Below, one piece after another: positions 28,149-37,984 of a stretch of DNA of 64,000 nucleotides. Source of the DNA: Acidobacteriota bacterium (GTDB lineage Bacteria; Acidobacteriota; Vicinamibacteria; Vicinamibacterales; 2-12-FULL-66-21); contig JBKPQB010000028.1 of the NCBI GenBank assembly GCA_046733875.1, forward strand, positions 42,870 through 106,869, in the 5' to 3' direction. Each line of letters starts with the position of its first letter. The first letter of the stretch is position 1. Under the pieces are notes generated by a model that saw only the letters and a program-made list of their open reading frames with translations, made no database searches and was not told where the DNA came from. Position numbers and translations under genes: made by a program.

Positions 28149-30785
28149 ATGCGGCCTGACGAGCGGGAACTCGACGACGAAATTCGCGGTCACCTGGCGC
28201 TGAACGTCAAGGAACGCATCGAGCGCGGTCAGGATCCGGAATCGGCCCGGCGCGCCGCGCTGCAGGAATTCGGATACGTGCCAGCCGTCCGCGAGTCGAT
28301 GCGGCGCGTCTGGTACAGCCGCGCCTTCGACGCCGTCACGGCGCTCGGGCGCGACATCCGGTTCGCGCTGCGCTCCCTGGTCCGCGCGAAAGGGCTTGCC
28401 GCGACCGTCATCGTGACGCTGGCGCTCGGCATCGGCGCCAACGCGGCGATCTTCAGCGTCGTGCGCGGCGTGCTGTTGCGCCCGCTCGTCAACCGCGACG
28501 AGGATCGCCTCGTCTACATTCGCCAGAGCGCTCCGGGTATCGGCGCCGCGAACACCACGTTCTCCGTGCCGGAAATCAGGGACCTCGAGTCGCGCGTCAC
28601 CACGATCAGCGCATTCGGCGATTTCTCCACGGTCGACATGACAATGATCGGCCTCGGTCTGGACGTGCGGATGGTGAAGGCCGGCGTCGTGGACGGATCG
28701 TTCTTCGACGTCATGGGCCTTCGCCCCGTGCTCGGCCGCCTGCTGAACGCAAAGGACGACGGCCCGAAGGCCGCAGGCGCGGCAGTCCTCACGTACCGCT
28801 TCTGGACGACCGAGCTGAAGAGCGATCCCGGCGTGATTGGAAAAGTGATCCGGCTTGGTCCGCGCACCGCGACGGTCGTCGGCGTGCTCGAGCCGTCGGT
28901 CCCCTATCCCGCGGATACCGAAATCATTGCGAACATCGTGACCAGCCCTCATCACCTCGACGCGACGATGGTCACGAGCCGCTCGCACCGGATGACGGAG
29001 CTGTTCGGCCGCCTGGCGCCGGGCGCCTCACTCGAGGCCGCGCGCGCCGAGCTGACCTCGGTGCACGCAACGATCGTCCGCGAGCACCCGGAGGCCTATT
29101 CCCCGCAGTCCAATATGCAACTACGCGTCACGAGGCTTCGCGATCAAATCGCCGCGCCCGCCCGGACGGTTCTGCTCGTGCTCCTCGCGGCCGCAGTCGT
29201 CGTGTTCATCATCGCGTGCTCGAACGTCGCCAACCTGATTCTCGCGCGCTCGGTGCGCCGCGAAGGCGAGCTTGCGATCCGGGCGGCGCTCGGGGCCGGC
29301 GCTGGCGCGCTGCGCCGGACGTTGCTCGCGGAGAGTTTGGTGCTTTGCGGAGCCGGCGCCGTCCTGGGCGTCCTCGTCGCGCCAATATTCGTCAGCGCCG
29401 TCGCCCGCTACGCGGCCCGGTTCTCCGTTCGCGCGCTCGATGTCACCGTGGACGCGAGCGTGCTCTGGATCGGTGCCGCGCTCGCCATCACCGCCGCCGT
29501 CCTGCTCGCGTACGTGCCGCGCCTGCCGTCGCCCCATGCGCCGACAGGCCTCGGCCTAGCCGCCGGCAGCGTGCGCATTACCCCGGGCACGAACCGCCGG
29601 CTTCGTATTTTCGCGACGACGCAGATCGCGTTCTCGTTCATGTTGGTGGCGGGCGCGGGCATGCTCCTGGCAACGCTGGTTGTTCTCCAGCGCGCGAACA
29701 CCGGCTACGACATGCGGCACGTGCTCGCCTTCGACATTCCGACCTCGGCGCCCGGTGTGGGCATCGGCGACAAGAAAACGATAGCCTTCTACGACCAGAC
29801 CATACAGCGTATCGGCGAGCTGCCCGGCGTCGAAGGAGTTGCGGTGGGAAGCTTCGTTCCATGGCGCGATGCGGGAACGTTCGGTCCGGGCCTGCGGTTC
29901 GACGCGGAGGGCTATACGCCGGCGAACGGCGAAGAGAATCCGCGCGCGCGGTTCCGGATCGTGACGCCTCATTTCTTCAACGTGGTCGGGATTCCGCTGC
30001 AGGCCGGCCGCGACTTCACGGACGAGGATCGCGCCGGCCGCGAGCCCGTGGTGATCGTCAGTCAGACGCTTGCGCAGCGCCTCTTTCCGAACGGCGAGGC
30101 GCTGAACCGCAAGATGTGGTGGACCGATCCGTACTTTGGGAAGCCGCTGCGCCGCCGCATCGTAGGCGTTGTCGCCGACGTGGACGACGAAAACATCGCC
30201 CATGAGGCGGCCATGACGGTCTACCACCCGGTCAGGCAGATCGGTGTCGGCGGACGGTTGTTCGTCCGCGTCGCAGGCGACCCGTACGCCTTGGTGCCTG
30301 CGATCACACGCGCGATCCGCACGATCGCCGCCGACCAGCCCGTCGAGCGCGCCGCTACGCTCGAAGACATCCGCTCCGAGATTCTGTCGCCCGAGCGCCT
30401 GAACGCATTCGTGTTTTCCGGATTCGCAAGCATTGCGCTGCTCATCGCCGTCGTCGGCGTCGCGGGCGTGTTGGCGTTCTCGGTGAGCGCGCGGACGCGT
30501 GAGTTCGGGATCCGCCTGGCCGTCGGGTCCGCCCCCCGAGGTCTGCTGGCGCGCGTCCTCTCGGAGGGCGTTCTGATCGCGACGATTGGCGTCTCCGCAG
30601 GCGCCGCGTGCGGGTACGTGCTCGCGGAAGTCGCGGGACGGTTGTTCGAGCACATGGAGCTGCCCGGGATCCTGCCGCTCGCCGGTGCGGCAGCGGTGCT
30701 CCTGGCCGCCGCGGCGATGGCGTCACTCATGCCCGCGGCGCGCGCGTCGCGCGTCGACGTGCTGCAGGCGCTCCGATCGGAGTAG
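28149..30785 (+). CDS. ADOP-type duplicated FtsX/MacB-like ABC transporter permease
   Basis: The N-terminal cytoplasmic helix reads ELDDEIRGHLALNVKERIERGQDPESARRAALQEFG. There are two MacB_PCD/FtsX halves, with LLAESLVLCGAGAVLG in the first and LSEGVLIATIGVSAGAACG in the second. The length is 878 aa. The gene lies 4 nt downstream of padR. Confidence 0.85.
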   Translation: MRPDERELDDEIRGHLALNVKERIERGQDPESARRAALQEFGYVPAVRESMRRVWYSRAFDAVTALGRDIRFALRSLVRAKGLAATVIVTLALGIGANAAIFSVVRGVLLRPLVNRDEDRLVYIRQSAPGIGAANTTFSVPEIRDLESRVTTISAFGDFSTVDMTMIGLGLDVRMVKAGVVDGSFFDVMGLRPVLGRLLNAKDDGPKAAGAAVLTYRFWTTELKSDPGVIGKVIRLGPRTATVVGVLEPSVPYPADTEIIANIVTSPHHLDATMVTSRSHRMTELFGRLAPGASLEAARAELTSVHATIVREHPEAYSPQSNMQLRVTRLRDQIAAPARTVLLVLLAAAVVVFIIACSNVANLILARSVRREGELAIRAALGAGAGALRRTLLAESLVLCGAGAVLGVLVAPIFVSAVARYAARFSVRALDVTVDASVLWIGAALAITAAVLLAYVPRLPSPHAPTGLGLAAGSVRITPGTNRRLRIFATTQIAFSFMLVAGAGMLLATLVVLQRANTGYDMRHVLAFDIPTSAPGVGIGDKKTIAFYDQTIQRIGELPGVEGVAVGSFVPWRDAGTFGPGLRFDAEGYTPANGEENPRARFRIVTPHFFNVVGIPLQAGRDFTDEDRAGREPVVIVSQTLAQRLFPNGEALNRKMWWTDPYFGKPLRRRIVGVVADVDDENIAHEAAMTVYHPVRQIGVGGRLFVRVAGDPYALVPAITRAIRTIAADQPVERAATLEDIRSEILSPERLNAFVFSGFASIALLIAVVGVAGVLAFSVSARTREFGIRLAVGSAPRGLLARVLSEGVLIATIGVSAGAACGYVLAEVAGRLFEHMELPGILPLAGAAAVLLAAAAMASLMPAARASRVDVLQALRSE

Positions 30786-30879
30786 TAGATCGACGCGGTC
30801 CACCAACGCGCGCGTTCGTGCGCCGCAATGACGTGCAGAGCGGTGCCGCAGGCTGAAGCGAACGCCTCGTCTGAGGGCT

Positions 30880-31539
30880 TCAGCCCTGGCGCCTTCGTCC
30901 ACGGAACATCAGCATGGAGAGACCCGACCCGAGCAGAAGGAGGCTGGCCGGCTCAGGCGTCTGAGCGGCCCGAATCAGGGACGCCTGGCCGAGGACGACG
31001 TGCGACGGATCGTCCTCGTCGGGAGGAAAAGCGAAGAACGTAAACGGTCCGCCGCTGAATCGCGACAGCAGCTCGGCGTTGCTCCGAGGCAGCGCACTGC
31101 CGCCGCCCATGGCCGGAGACTTCAGGTCCAGCGTCGTTTCGACGAAGTCGAAGCCGGGCATCGTGGTGCTCTGCCCGAAGGTCGTGAAGTCGTCGTGCCC
31201 GTCGGGGTTGGCATCGCCTCGATCGTCGAAGATGGAGATCTGTCCGAGCGCGAACTCCAGTCGATCGTGTGCGCCAAATGACAGTGTGCCCGGAGCGGCG
31301 TAGCCGCCAAAGAGCGGATTCGTGGCGTCAGGAATTCCTGTCGGATCGTAGATGAGGCTTCCCTGCAGGACATCGCCCGCATGAATCGGCGTTCCGAAAA
31401 ATGTTTCCAGCCCGCCGTGCGCGGTCGTGACCGTCACGATGAAGTCGACGTTCACAGGATCAGCGGATGCGCGTGAGCCAGGACCGAGGACTAGAAGGAG
31501 AACAAGAAGAGCGCCCAAAACGAGTCGATGCTTCTCCAT
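30880..31539 (-). CDS. Secreted PEP-CTERM sorting-domain protein
   Basis: I trimmed the ORF to the ATG at 31539, which follows GGAGGGAAGAGAA. The signal peptide is MEKHRLVLGALLVLLLVLGPGSRASA. The C-terminus TPEPASLLLLGSGLSMLMFRGRRRQG has the PEP motif, a TM helix and a basic tail. Confidence 0.8.
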   Translation of the reverse strand: MEKHRLVLGALLVLLLVLGPGSRASADPVNVDFIVTVTTAHGGLETFFGTPIHAGDVLQGSLIYDPTGIPDATNPLFGGYAAPGTLSFGAHDRLEFALGQISIFDDRGDANPDGHDDFTTFGQSTTMPGFDFVETTLDLKSPAMGGGSALPRSNAELLSRFSGGPFTFFAFPPDEDDPSHVVLGQASLIRAAQTPEPASLLLLGSGLSMLMFRGRRRQG

Positions 31540-31600
31540 TTCTCTTCCCTCCATGGGCCGTTCCGGCGCGTAAGCGGTCACCGCATGCAAGGCGCGCACC

Positions 31601-32218
31601 TCAGCGGTCGGGGCTCGTCTGCGAGTCTTCGAACGACGCCGCTTCGACCGATCGTTCCGCTGCGCGGCGCACGCGCCACGCCTGCCATAAATGGCGCCGC
31701 TCGTGCGCGGCGATGACGTGCAGTCCTGTCGCCAGGCTGAAGCGGACACCTCGGATCAATGGATTGGGAAAGCGCACTCGACGCAAATCGATGGTCGCGT
31801 ACGCCTGAATGAATGCGCGCACCTCGCCTTGCGTCGCGAGAAAACTGCTGAGTGCGGCCTCGAGCGGCGGCGCTGATCGCGGTTTGATCTTGCGCGGCGC
31901 CTTGCTCTTCAGGTTCGCGGGAGGTTCGAGATATGCGACGAACCATCCGCCGAGGAGGCCCGGTCGCGCAGGCCCGCGGCGCCGCGTGCCCTCGCTGAGG
32001 GCCCGCGTGGCGGCTGGTTCCATCGCTGCGAGATACACGCGGTTGGCCGTTGCGAGGTGGTCGAGGCATTCCGCAACGCTCCACGACCCAGTCTCCGCCC
32101 GCCACGCGCCCAGCCAGCTCGTCAACCCGTCCACGAGCGCCCGCGCGTTACGCTCTGCCGCGTCCAACCCATCCTGCAGGTTCTGAAGATCCGGCGGCAG
32201 CGCTGCGTTCATGGCCAT
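31601..32218 (-). CDS. DinB-family (DinB_2) protein
   Basis: Matching segments are WSVAECLDHLATANRVYL and the C-terminal GLHVIAAHERRHLWQA. Together they give the His triad spacing typical of the DinB four-helix bundle. Confidence 0.7.
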   Translation of the reverse strand: MAMNAALPPDLQNLQDGLDAAERNARALVDGLTSWLGAWRAETGSWSVAECLDHLATANRVYLAAMEPAATRALSEGTRRRGPARPGLLGGWFVAYLEPPANLKSKAPRKIKPRSAPPLEAALSSFLATQGEVRAFIQAYATIDLRRVRFPNPLIRGVRFSLATGLHVIAAHERRHLWQAWRVRRAAERSVEAASFEDSQTSPDR

Positions 32219-32221
32219 ACT

Positions 32222-33814
32222 TTAGTACACGATCTTGCCGCCGACGATCGTTCGCACGACCTTCGCGTCCCGGATCTGCTCCGGCGGGATCGACCTCAAG
32301 TCCCGATCGGTGACGACGAGATCGGCGAGCATATCGGGCGCAATGGTGCCCTTCTGTCCTTCTTCGAAGGATGCGTACGCACCGCCGCGGGTGTAGGCCC
32401 TCAGCGCCTGGTCGACCGTGATCTTCTGCCCGGGTACCCACCCGTCCGGGTTCTTGTCGTCCAGCGTGCGCCGCGTCACAGCCGCGTAGATGCCTTCGAG
32501 CGGCGTCGGCGGTGCCACGAACCAGTCGCTGCCGAACGCGAGCGTCGCGCCTGCGTCGAGCAGCGATCGAAACGCATACATCGTCTTGATGCGTTCCGGA
32601 CCAATCACCCGCTCGGCCCACCGGCCATCGTCGATCGCGTGATACGGCTGCATGCTCGCAATCACGCCGAGCCCGTGGAACCGGGGAATGTCGGCGGGCG
32701 CGACATGCTGCGCGTGCTCGACCCGGAACCGGCGATCCCGCTTGCCGCCTTCGCGGGCGACGCGCTCGTACATGTCGAGCAGTGTTCCGATCGCGCGATC
32801 GCCGATCGCGTGCACGAGCACGTGCAGTCGATGCTTGTCCGCGTTCGAGATCCACGAGTACAGATCCTCTGGAGTGTTCACGAACAGCCCGCGGTCGTTC
32901 GGCGCGTCGGTGAAGGAATCGCGGAACGCCGCCGTATGCGACCCGAGCGAACCGTCGACGAAGCCCTTCAGCCCTCCGATCCTGAGCCATTCGTCGCCGT
33001 GGCCGTCCGTCCCGTACGTTCGCGCCTCGACCGTCTGACACAGTCGTTCCCACGTGTTCAGCGGCACCACCGCGTATACGCGCGTGGTCATGCGATGAGC
33101 GCGCCGCGCCCGCGCGAACACATCGAGGTCCTCCCACGTCCCCATGTTGTGGACGGTCGTGACACCTTGCGCGTTCACGTATTGCATTGCGGCCTGGAGC
33201 GCGCGATCGTTCGTGGCGTTCGTGGGCGGCGGCACCTTGTCGGCGACGAGGGACATCGCGTTGTCTTTGAGGAGTCCCGTCAAATCCCCGTTTCCATCGC
33301 GGACGATCTCGCCACCAGCAACGCCCTTTACAGCGCGCGTGACGCCTGCCGCCTTCAACGCTGCGCTGTTGGCCAGCGCCATGTGACCGTCGAGACGATT
33401 GACCCAAACCGGATGATTGGGCGTCACCGCATCGATCCAGTCCTTTTGTGGCAGCTCGCCGCCCCAGAGCGTGTGGTCCCAATCACCGCCCGTCATCCAG
33501 ACGCCCGGCGGCGTCGTTGCGGCGAACGCCTCGATGCGGGCCGCGAACTGCTCCGGCGTCTTCGCGTCGCGGAGCCGCACGGACGTGAGCCTCAACCCGC
33601 CCTCCAGAAAGTGCACGTGGGCGTCGACGAATCCCGGCGTGACGAACTGGCCCTGGAGGTCGATGACCTCGGCGCCTCGGATCCGCGCCGTGACCTCAGC
33701 GGTGGATCCGACGGCGGCGATGCGGCTCCCGACGATCGCGATCGCTTCGGCCTTCGGCCGCGTCGGATCGCCCGTCCAGATGCGTCCGTTGATCAGCACG
33801 AGTGATGTGGTCAT
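32222..33814 (-). CDS. Metal-dependent amidohydrolase (Amidohydro_3 family)
   Basis: Matching segments are VLINGRIWTGDP...AIAIVGSRIAAVG...VIDLQGQFVTPGFVDAHVHFLEGG, then VHAIGDRA and AFGSDWFVAP. Confidence 0.85.
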   Translation of the reverse strand: MTTSLVLINGRIWTGDPTRPKAEAIAIVGSRIAAVGSTAEVTARIRGAEVIDLQGQFVTPGFVDAHVHFLEGGLRLTSVRLRDAKTPEQFAARIEAFAATTPPGVWMTGGDWDHTLWGGELPQKDWIDAVTPNHPVWVNRLDGHMALANSAALKAAGVTRAVKGVAGGEIVRDGNGDLTGLLKDNAMSLVADKVPPPTNATNDRALQAAMQYVNAQGVTTVHNMGTWEDLDVFARARRAHRMTTRVYAVVPLNTWERLCQTVEARTYGTDGHGDEWLRIGGLKGFVDGSLGSHTAAFRDSFTDAPNDRGLFVNTPEDLYSWISNADKHRLHVLVHAIGDRAIGTLLDMYERVAREGGKRDRRFRVEHAQHVAPADIPRFHGLGVIASMQPYHAIDDGRWAERVIGPERIKTMYAFRSLLDAGATLAFGSDWFVAPPTPLEGIYAAVTRRTLDDKNPDGWVPGQKITVDQALRAYTRGGAYASFEEGQKGTIAPDMLADLVVTDRDLRSIPPEQIRDAKVVRTIVGGKIVY

Positions 33815-33946
33815 CGGGAGTGCGCGTTGAAGTCTCGCGGGAGAGAGGGGCTTCTTGGACTCTCTTTTGGGCTGCGCGGCACTCTAGCATGTCTGCCGCG
33901 ACGAACTCGGTTGTCACATTTGGGGCGGCTTGCTCGTCAACTGGGC

Positions 33947-34402
33947 ATGAGCAGACCTACCAGACCGGCGCAACTTTGGCTGGCAGCAATTGTCGCGATG
34001 CACCTCATCATTGCGGTCTTTCATGGCGCCGCCCACAGCGGAGCAGCCGTTCCGCTCTCGCCTGCCGCGGCGCTATTCGTCCTCATTGTTATCTTCGGCG
34101 GGCCGTTGGCCGGTCTCACACTGACGTGGTGGGAGGAACGACTCGGGGCATGGGTGATCATGACCACGATGGCCGGCTCATTGCTGTTCGGGCTCCTGAA
34201 CCACTTCATTCTCGACGGCGTCGATCAGGTCTCTCACGTCGCCGGCGAGTGGCAGCCGCTCTTCGGGACGACTGCGGTTCTGCTGGCACTCACCGAAGCG
34301 CTCGGCTCCGGCCTGGCGCTGTTCGTTGCGACGACCGCGGAGGGATGGCATAAAGGTGCTTGTTGCCGCCGGGGGCCCGGCGCAGTGTATGAGATCGTGT
34401 AA
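33947..34402 (+). CDS. Hypothetical integral membrane protein (about 4 TM helices)
   Basis: I trimmed track ORF 33827..34402 to the ATG at 33947 (MSRPTRPAQLWLAAIVAMHLIIAVFHGAAH...). Four hydrophobic stretches are visible. I recognised no family. Confidence 0.5.
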   Translation: MSRPTRPAQLWLAAIVAMHLIIAVFHGAAHSGAAVPLSPAAALFVLIVIFGGPLAGLTLTWWEERLGAWVIMTTMAGSLLFGLLNHFILDGVDQVSHVAGEWQPLFGTTAVLLALTEALGSGLALFVATTAEGWHKGACCRRGPGAVYEIV

Positions 34403-34480
34403 GCGGACCTTGAATAGCGGCCGGAGTGTCCGACGACGCGCGACAATCTCGCGCAGATGCTTCGGCGCACAGCATAGACA

Positions 34481-35374
34481 ATGAATCAAGAAGTCCTGAC
34501 GGCCGACAGGCCGCTTCTCTTTTCGATTGCCTACCGAATGCTCGGCAGCGCATCCGACGCGGAAGACGTCCTGCAGGACGCGTGGCTTCGCTACCGCAGC
34601 GTCGACCAGTCCTCGATCCGTTCAGCGAAGGCATTCATGACGACCATCGTTACGCGCCTGTGTCTGGATCGGCTGAAGTCCGCACGCAAGGCGCGCGAGG
34701 AATACGTCGGACCGTGGCTGCCGGAGCCTGTGCTCACCTCGGAGCTGGAGAGTCCGGAGACCATGCTGCAGCGCGCGGAGTCGGTGACGCTCGCGTTTCT
34801 CGTCCTGCTCGAAACGCTCTCTCCCGAGGAGCGTGCGGTATTTCTCCTCAAAGACGTCTTCGACTATGAGCACTCGGAAATTGCCGAGATCCTGGGGACG
34901 ACGACGGAGAACTCGCGTCAAATGCTGCATCGCGCGAAGTCGCGGCTGGCGCAGGGGCGGCAGCGGCTGACGGGCACGGCCGAGTCCAGACGGGCCGTTG
35001 CGGAGCGATTTGCGGAAGCGTTCGTATCTGGCGACGCGTCCGAGCTGACGGCGCTGCTGACAAGCGACGTCGGGATGTGGAGCGATGGCGGCGGTAAAGC
35101 CGTCGCGGCGCGTCGTCCGCTCCTTGGCCGCGATGAAGTGCTGAAGTTCCTGCTCGGAGTGCACCGCGCGGTGCATGCCAGCGGCATGGCGGGCAACGTC
35201 TCGCGAAGCATTGAAGATATCAACTCCGAGCCGGCGCTCGTCGTGCGAGTCGGCACGCGGTTGGAGTCGATCTTCGTCCTGTCAATCGACGGCGCCACCG
35301 TCTCAGGCATTCGTGTCGTGCGCAACCCCGACAAGCTGACGCGCATCGATCGTCAACTGACGCCTGTGCACTGA
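34481..35374 (+). CDS. ECF sigma factor of the SigJ/ECF41 type (sigma2-sigma4 plus fused SnoaL-like C-terminal domain)
   Basis: Region 2 reads LFSIAYRMLGSASDAEDVLQDAWLRY. Region 4 reads LSPEERAVFLLKDVFDYEHSEIAEILGTTTENSRQMLHRAK. The C-terminal extension of about 110 aa reads AERFAEAFVSGDASELTALLTSDVGMWSDGGGK. Confidence 0.85.
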   Translation: MNQEVLTADRPLLFSIAYRMLGSASDAEDVLQDAWLRYRSVDQSSIRSAKAFMTTIVTRLCLDRLKSARKAREEYVGPWLPEPVLTSELESPETMLQRAESVTLAFLVLLETLSPEERAVFLLKDVFDYEHSEIAEILGTTTENSRQMLHRAKSRLAQGRQRLTGTAESRRAVAERFAEAFVSGDASELTALLTSDVGMWSDGGGKAVAARRPLLGRDEVLKFLLGVHRAVHASGMAGNVSRSIEDINSEPALVVRVGTRLESIFVLSIDGATVSGIRVVRNPDKLTRIDRQLTPVH

Positions 35375-35503
35375 CGCTACGTGCGTCAGCGGGAGACGTG
35401 AATCCCGAATTCGATCCACCCATCGCACGTGCCGTCGTGCTGGACTGCTTCCAGTAATCAGGCCTCACCGATTTGATCGAGGTCAGATACAATCGCCACT
35501 GCA

Positions 35504-36853
35504 ATGGACCTACAAACGTTCGAATCCGGATTCCGCGGTCAGATTTTCGCGCCTGCCGACGCCGAGTACCACAACGCCCGGCGAATTTGGAATGCCAGCG
35601 TTGACAAACGGCCTCGGCTCATCGCGCGTTGCTCGGGCACCGCGGATGTGGTCGCCGCGATAGGCTACGGACGTGCAAATGACTTGCTCACGGCGATCCG
35701 GGGCGGCGGTCATAATGTGGGCGGCCGCGCGTTGTGCGATGACGGCCTGGTCATCGACCTTTCAGGAATGCGCGCCGTTCATGTGGATTCGAGGGAGCGG
35801 ACGGTCCGCGTCCAGGGTGGTGCGACGCTTGGTGATCTGGATCGCGAAACACGCCTCTTTGGCCTTGCGGTCCCATGCGGCATCGTCTCAAAGACCGGCA
35901 TCGCCGGTCTCACGCTCGGCGGTGGTGTGGGGTGGTTGCTTCGCAAGTACGGCATGTCCATTGACAATCTCTTATCCTGCCAAGTTGTCACTGCGGACAG
36001 TCGCGTGCTGACGGCCAATGCGGTTGAGCATGAAGATCTGTTCTGGGCTCTTCGTGGCGGCGGCGGGAACTTCGGCGTTGTCACGTCGTTCGAGTTCAAA
36101 GCTCATCCGGTAGACACGGTGTTAGGCGGCCTCATCTTGTACCCTCGCGCGGTCGCAGTCGATGTGATCCGTCATTTCCGTGACTGTATCGAAGCCGCTC
36201 CCGACGATCTCACCGCGTACGCTGCGCTTCTGCACGCACCGGATGGCGCGCCCTTGGTCGGAGTGATCGCCTGTTTCTGCGGACCGATCGCCGACGGCGA
36301 ACGTGTCCTGCAGCCTCTCCGCAAGTTCGGGACGCCAGTCCTCGATGCAATTCAGCCGATGTCTTTCGTCTCGATGCAATCGCTGCTTGACCCGTCTTTT
36401 CCAGACGGCAATTAGAACTACTGGAAGTCCACCTTGCAGCGGCACCTAACAGACGATGCGATAGACGCGATCGTCGAGCACGCCAACGGCTTGGCCTCTC
36501 CCCTTTCGGCCGTCGTTCTGGAGCACTATGGGGGCGCCGCTGGCCGAATCCCCAACGATGCCACCGCGTTTCCACATCGCGATCTCCCGTGGGACATTCT
36601 GTTTCTCGCCCAGTGGACCAACCCGGCTGAGACGACGAGCCACCGCGACTGGGCCCGAGCCGGCGAAGCGACCCTTCGGCCTTTTTCTGCGAACGCGCAT
36701 CTCCTTTCTGCCCTCGACATCGAAGCCGACGATGTCATTTACACCGCGTTCGGGGCCAATCTCGCGCGGTTGGCGAGCGTCAAGGAGAAACACGATCCCG
36801 CCAATTTCTTTCGCGTGAATTACAACATCCAGCCGGGTCTCGCGCCATCCTGA
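35504..36853 (+). pseudogene. FAD-linked oxidase (FAD_binding_4 + BBE domain) interrupted by a single in-frame TAG at 36413..36415
   Basis: Track ORFs 35504..36415 and 36434..36853 are in the same frame. Across the stop the protein reads ...LLDPSFPDGN*NYWKSTLQRHLTDDAID.... This sits inside the conserved G-x-x-NYWKS block of this family. The N-terminal part has IRGGGHNVGGRA and ALRGGGGNFGVVTSFEF. The C-terminal part ends KHDPANFFRVNYNIQP (BBE domain). Confidence 0.7.
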
Positions 36854-37103
36854 CGCCGCATTCACGAGCGGCGAACGGTCTGAGGCCAAGCGGGGAGATA
36901 CCCAGTAGCGTGGGAGGAACCACCCGTCCCCGCACAACTGACAGGTGTCCTGCCAGCCGGGGCGCTACACCTCGCGAATGGATCGCGCAGGCCGTCCCGC
37001 CGGCAGGCGAAGCGTACGGCCATCCGCGCCGCCATCAGCGGCCGCGGGTCCCACCGATTCTGTGGTGGCTGCGATCCGGCGGCACGAATTCCAGCGCTCG
37101 GCC

Positions 37104-37871
37104 TCAAGGACGCGCGACATCCTGAACATTGCCGGCGCCTTCGCGCATCATTTGTTTCGCGAGCTGCATGCGCCAGCCGGCAAGGTATCGCATCGGCGCC
37201 TCGCCCACGAGTTCAGTGAAGCGCTGCGCCAACACGGAGCGCGACACGGCCGCCTCGCGCGCGAGATCATCGGCGGTCCAGTCCCGAACGGGATGTTCGT
37301 GCATCAGCCGCAGGGCCTTGCCGACGTGGGGATCGTTCAACCCGGCCAACCATCCACCATGGTTCGCGGGAAGGCGCTCCATGTACTCACAGAGGATCTC
37401 GACGAACATCAGTTCTGTCAGGCGTCCCCGGATCGCGGCGTTGCCGGGACGCGCAGCCCTTGCTTCGTTGACGGTGAACTTCAGTGTCGTGTCAAGTTAG
37501 GTTCCCGACCCGTGCGGGACCACAGCCGCTATCTGATCGTGCCAGGGATTCACCCATCGCGTATTCACGCCCTCGACACGAAGCCGGATCCGCGCCGCCC
37601 ACAGATCGTGAAAGTGATCAAGCCCACTACGGTCTTCGCGCGAACAGGGTTTGCCGCGCCGCACACCGTGCACTGCGGTCGGAGGGCACCTTCGTGAGCG
37701 CGCTTGGCGCGCCCGACGGCAACGGCCCCGGGGGTTCGCAGGGCCTGGTTCAACGTGGACCACGTCTGGGCTGGCGCTCTGGTCGTTACCGGGGTTGTCG
37801 TGTTGTTGAAGTGATCTCGAAGTGTTGAGACGAAAGGAGTGCGCCATGCGCGACTCACAGGTCCGGTGCAT
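37104..37871 (-). pseudogene. Decayed AraC-family regulator (cupin_6 + HTH_18) with in-frame TAA at 37497..37499 and a truncated C-terminus
   Basis: One minus-strand frame reads ...LDHFHDLWAARIRLRVEGVNTRWVNPWHDQIAAVVPHGSGT*LDTTLKFTVNEARAARPGNAAIRGRLTELMFVEILCEYMERLP...WTADDLAREAAVSRSVLAQRFTELVGEAPMRYLAGWRMQLAKQMMREGAGNVQDVARP*. The cupin core and the first HTH are recognisable, but the second HTH helix pair (VGY-SE-AF-RAFKR) is missing. The N-terminal 60 residues are Arg-rich and probably frameshifted. Confidence 0.5.
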
Positions 37872-37984
37872 TCGTCAGCAAGGCTTCCCGGGAACGCAGT
37901 GTCCCGTCAGCTTCTACTCCGCGTTGCTGTTCCAGCCAAGACTCATTGCCTGCGGGGTGGCGCGGCATGATTTCACGCGACGGC

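Noticed and set aside
36945-37697. A 250-aa plus-strand ORF covers the 37-kb gap.
   Set aside because: Its translation has no recognisable motif and is Arg/Pro-rich. The opposite strand shows clear AraC HTH and cupin remnants, so I treat the plus-strand ORF as a shadow of the decayed AraC gene.
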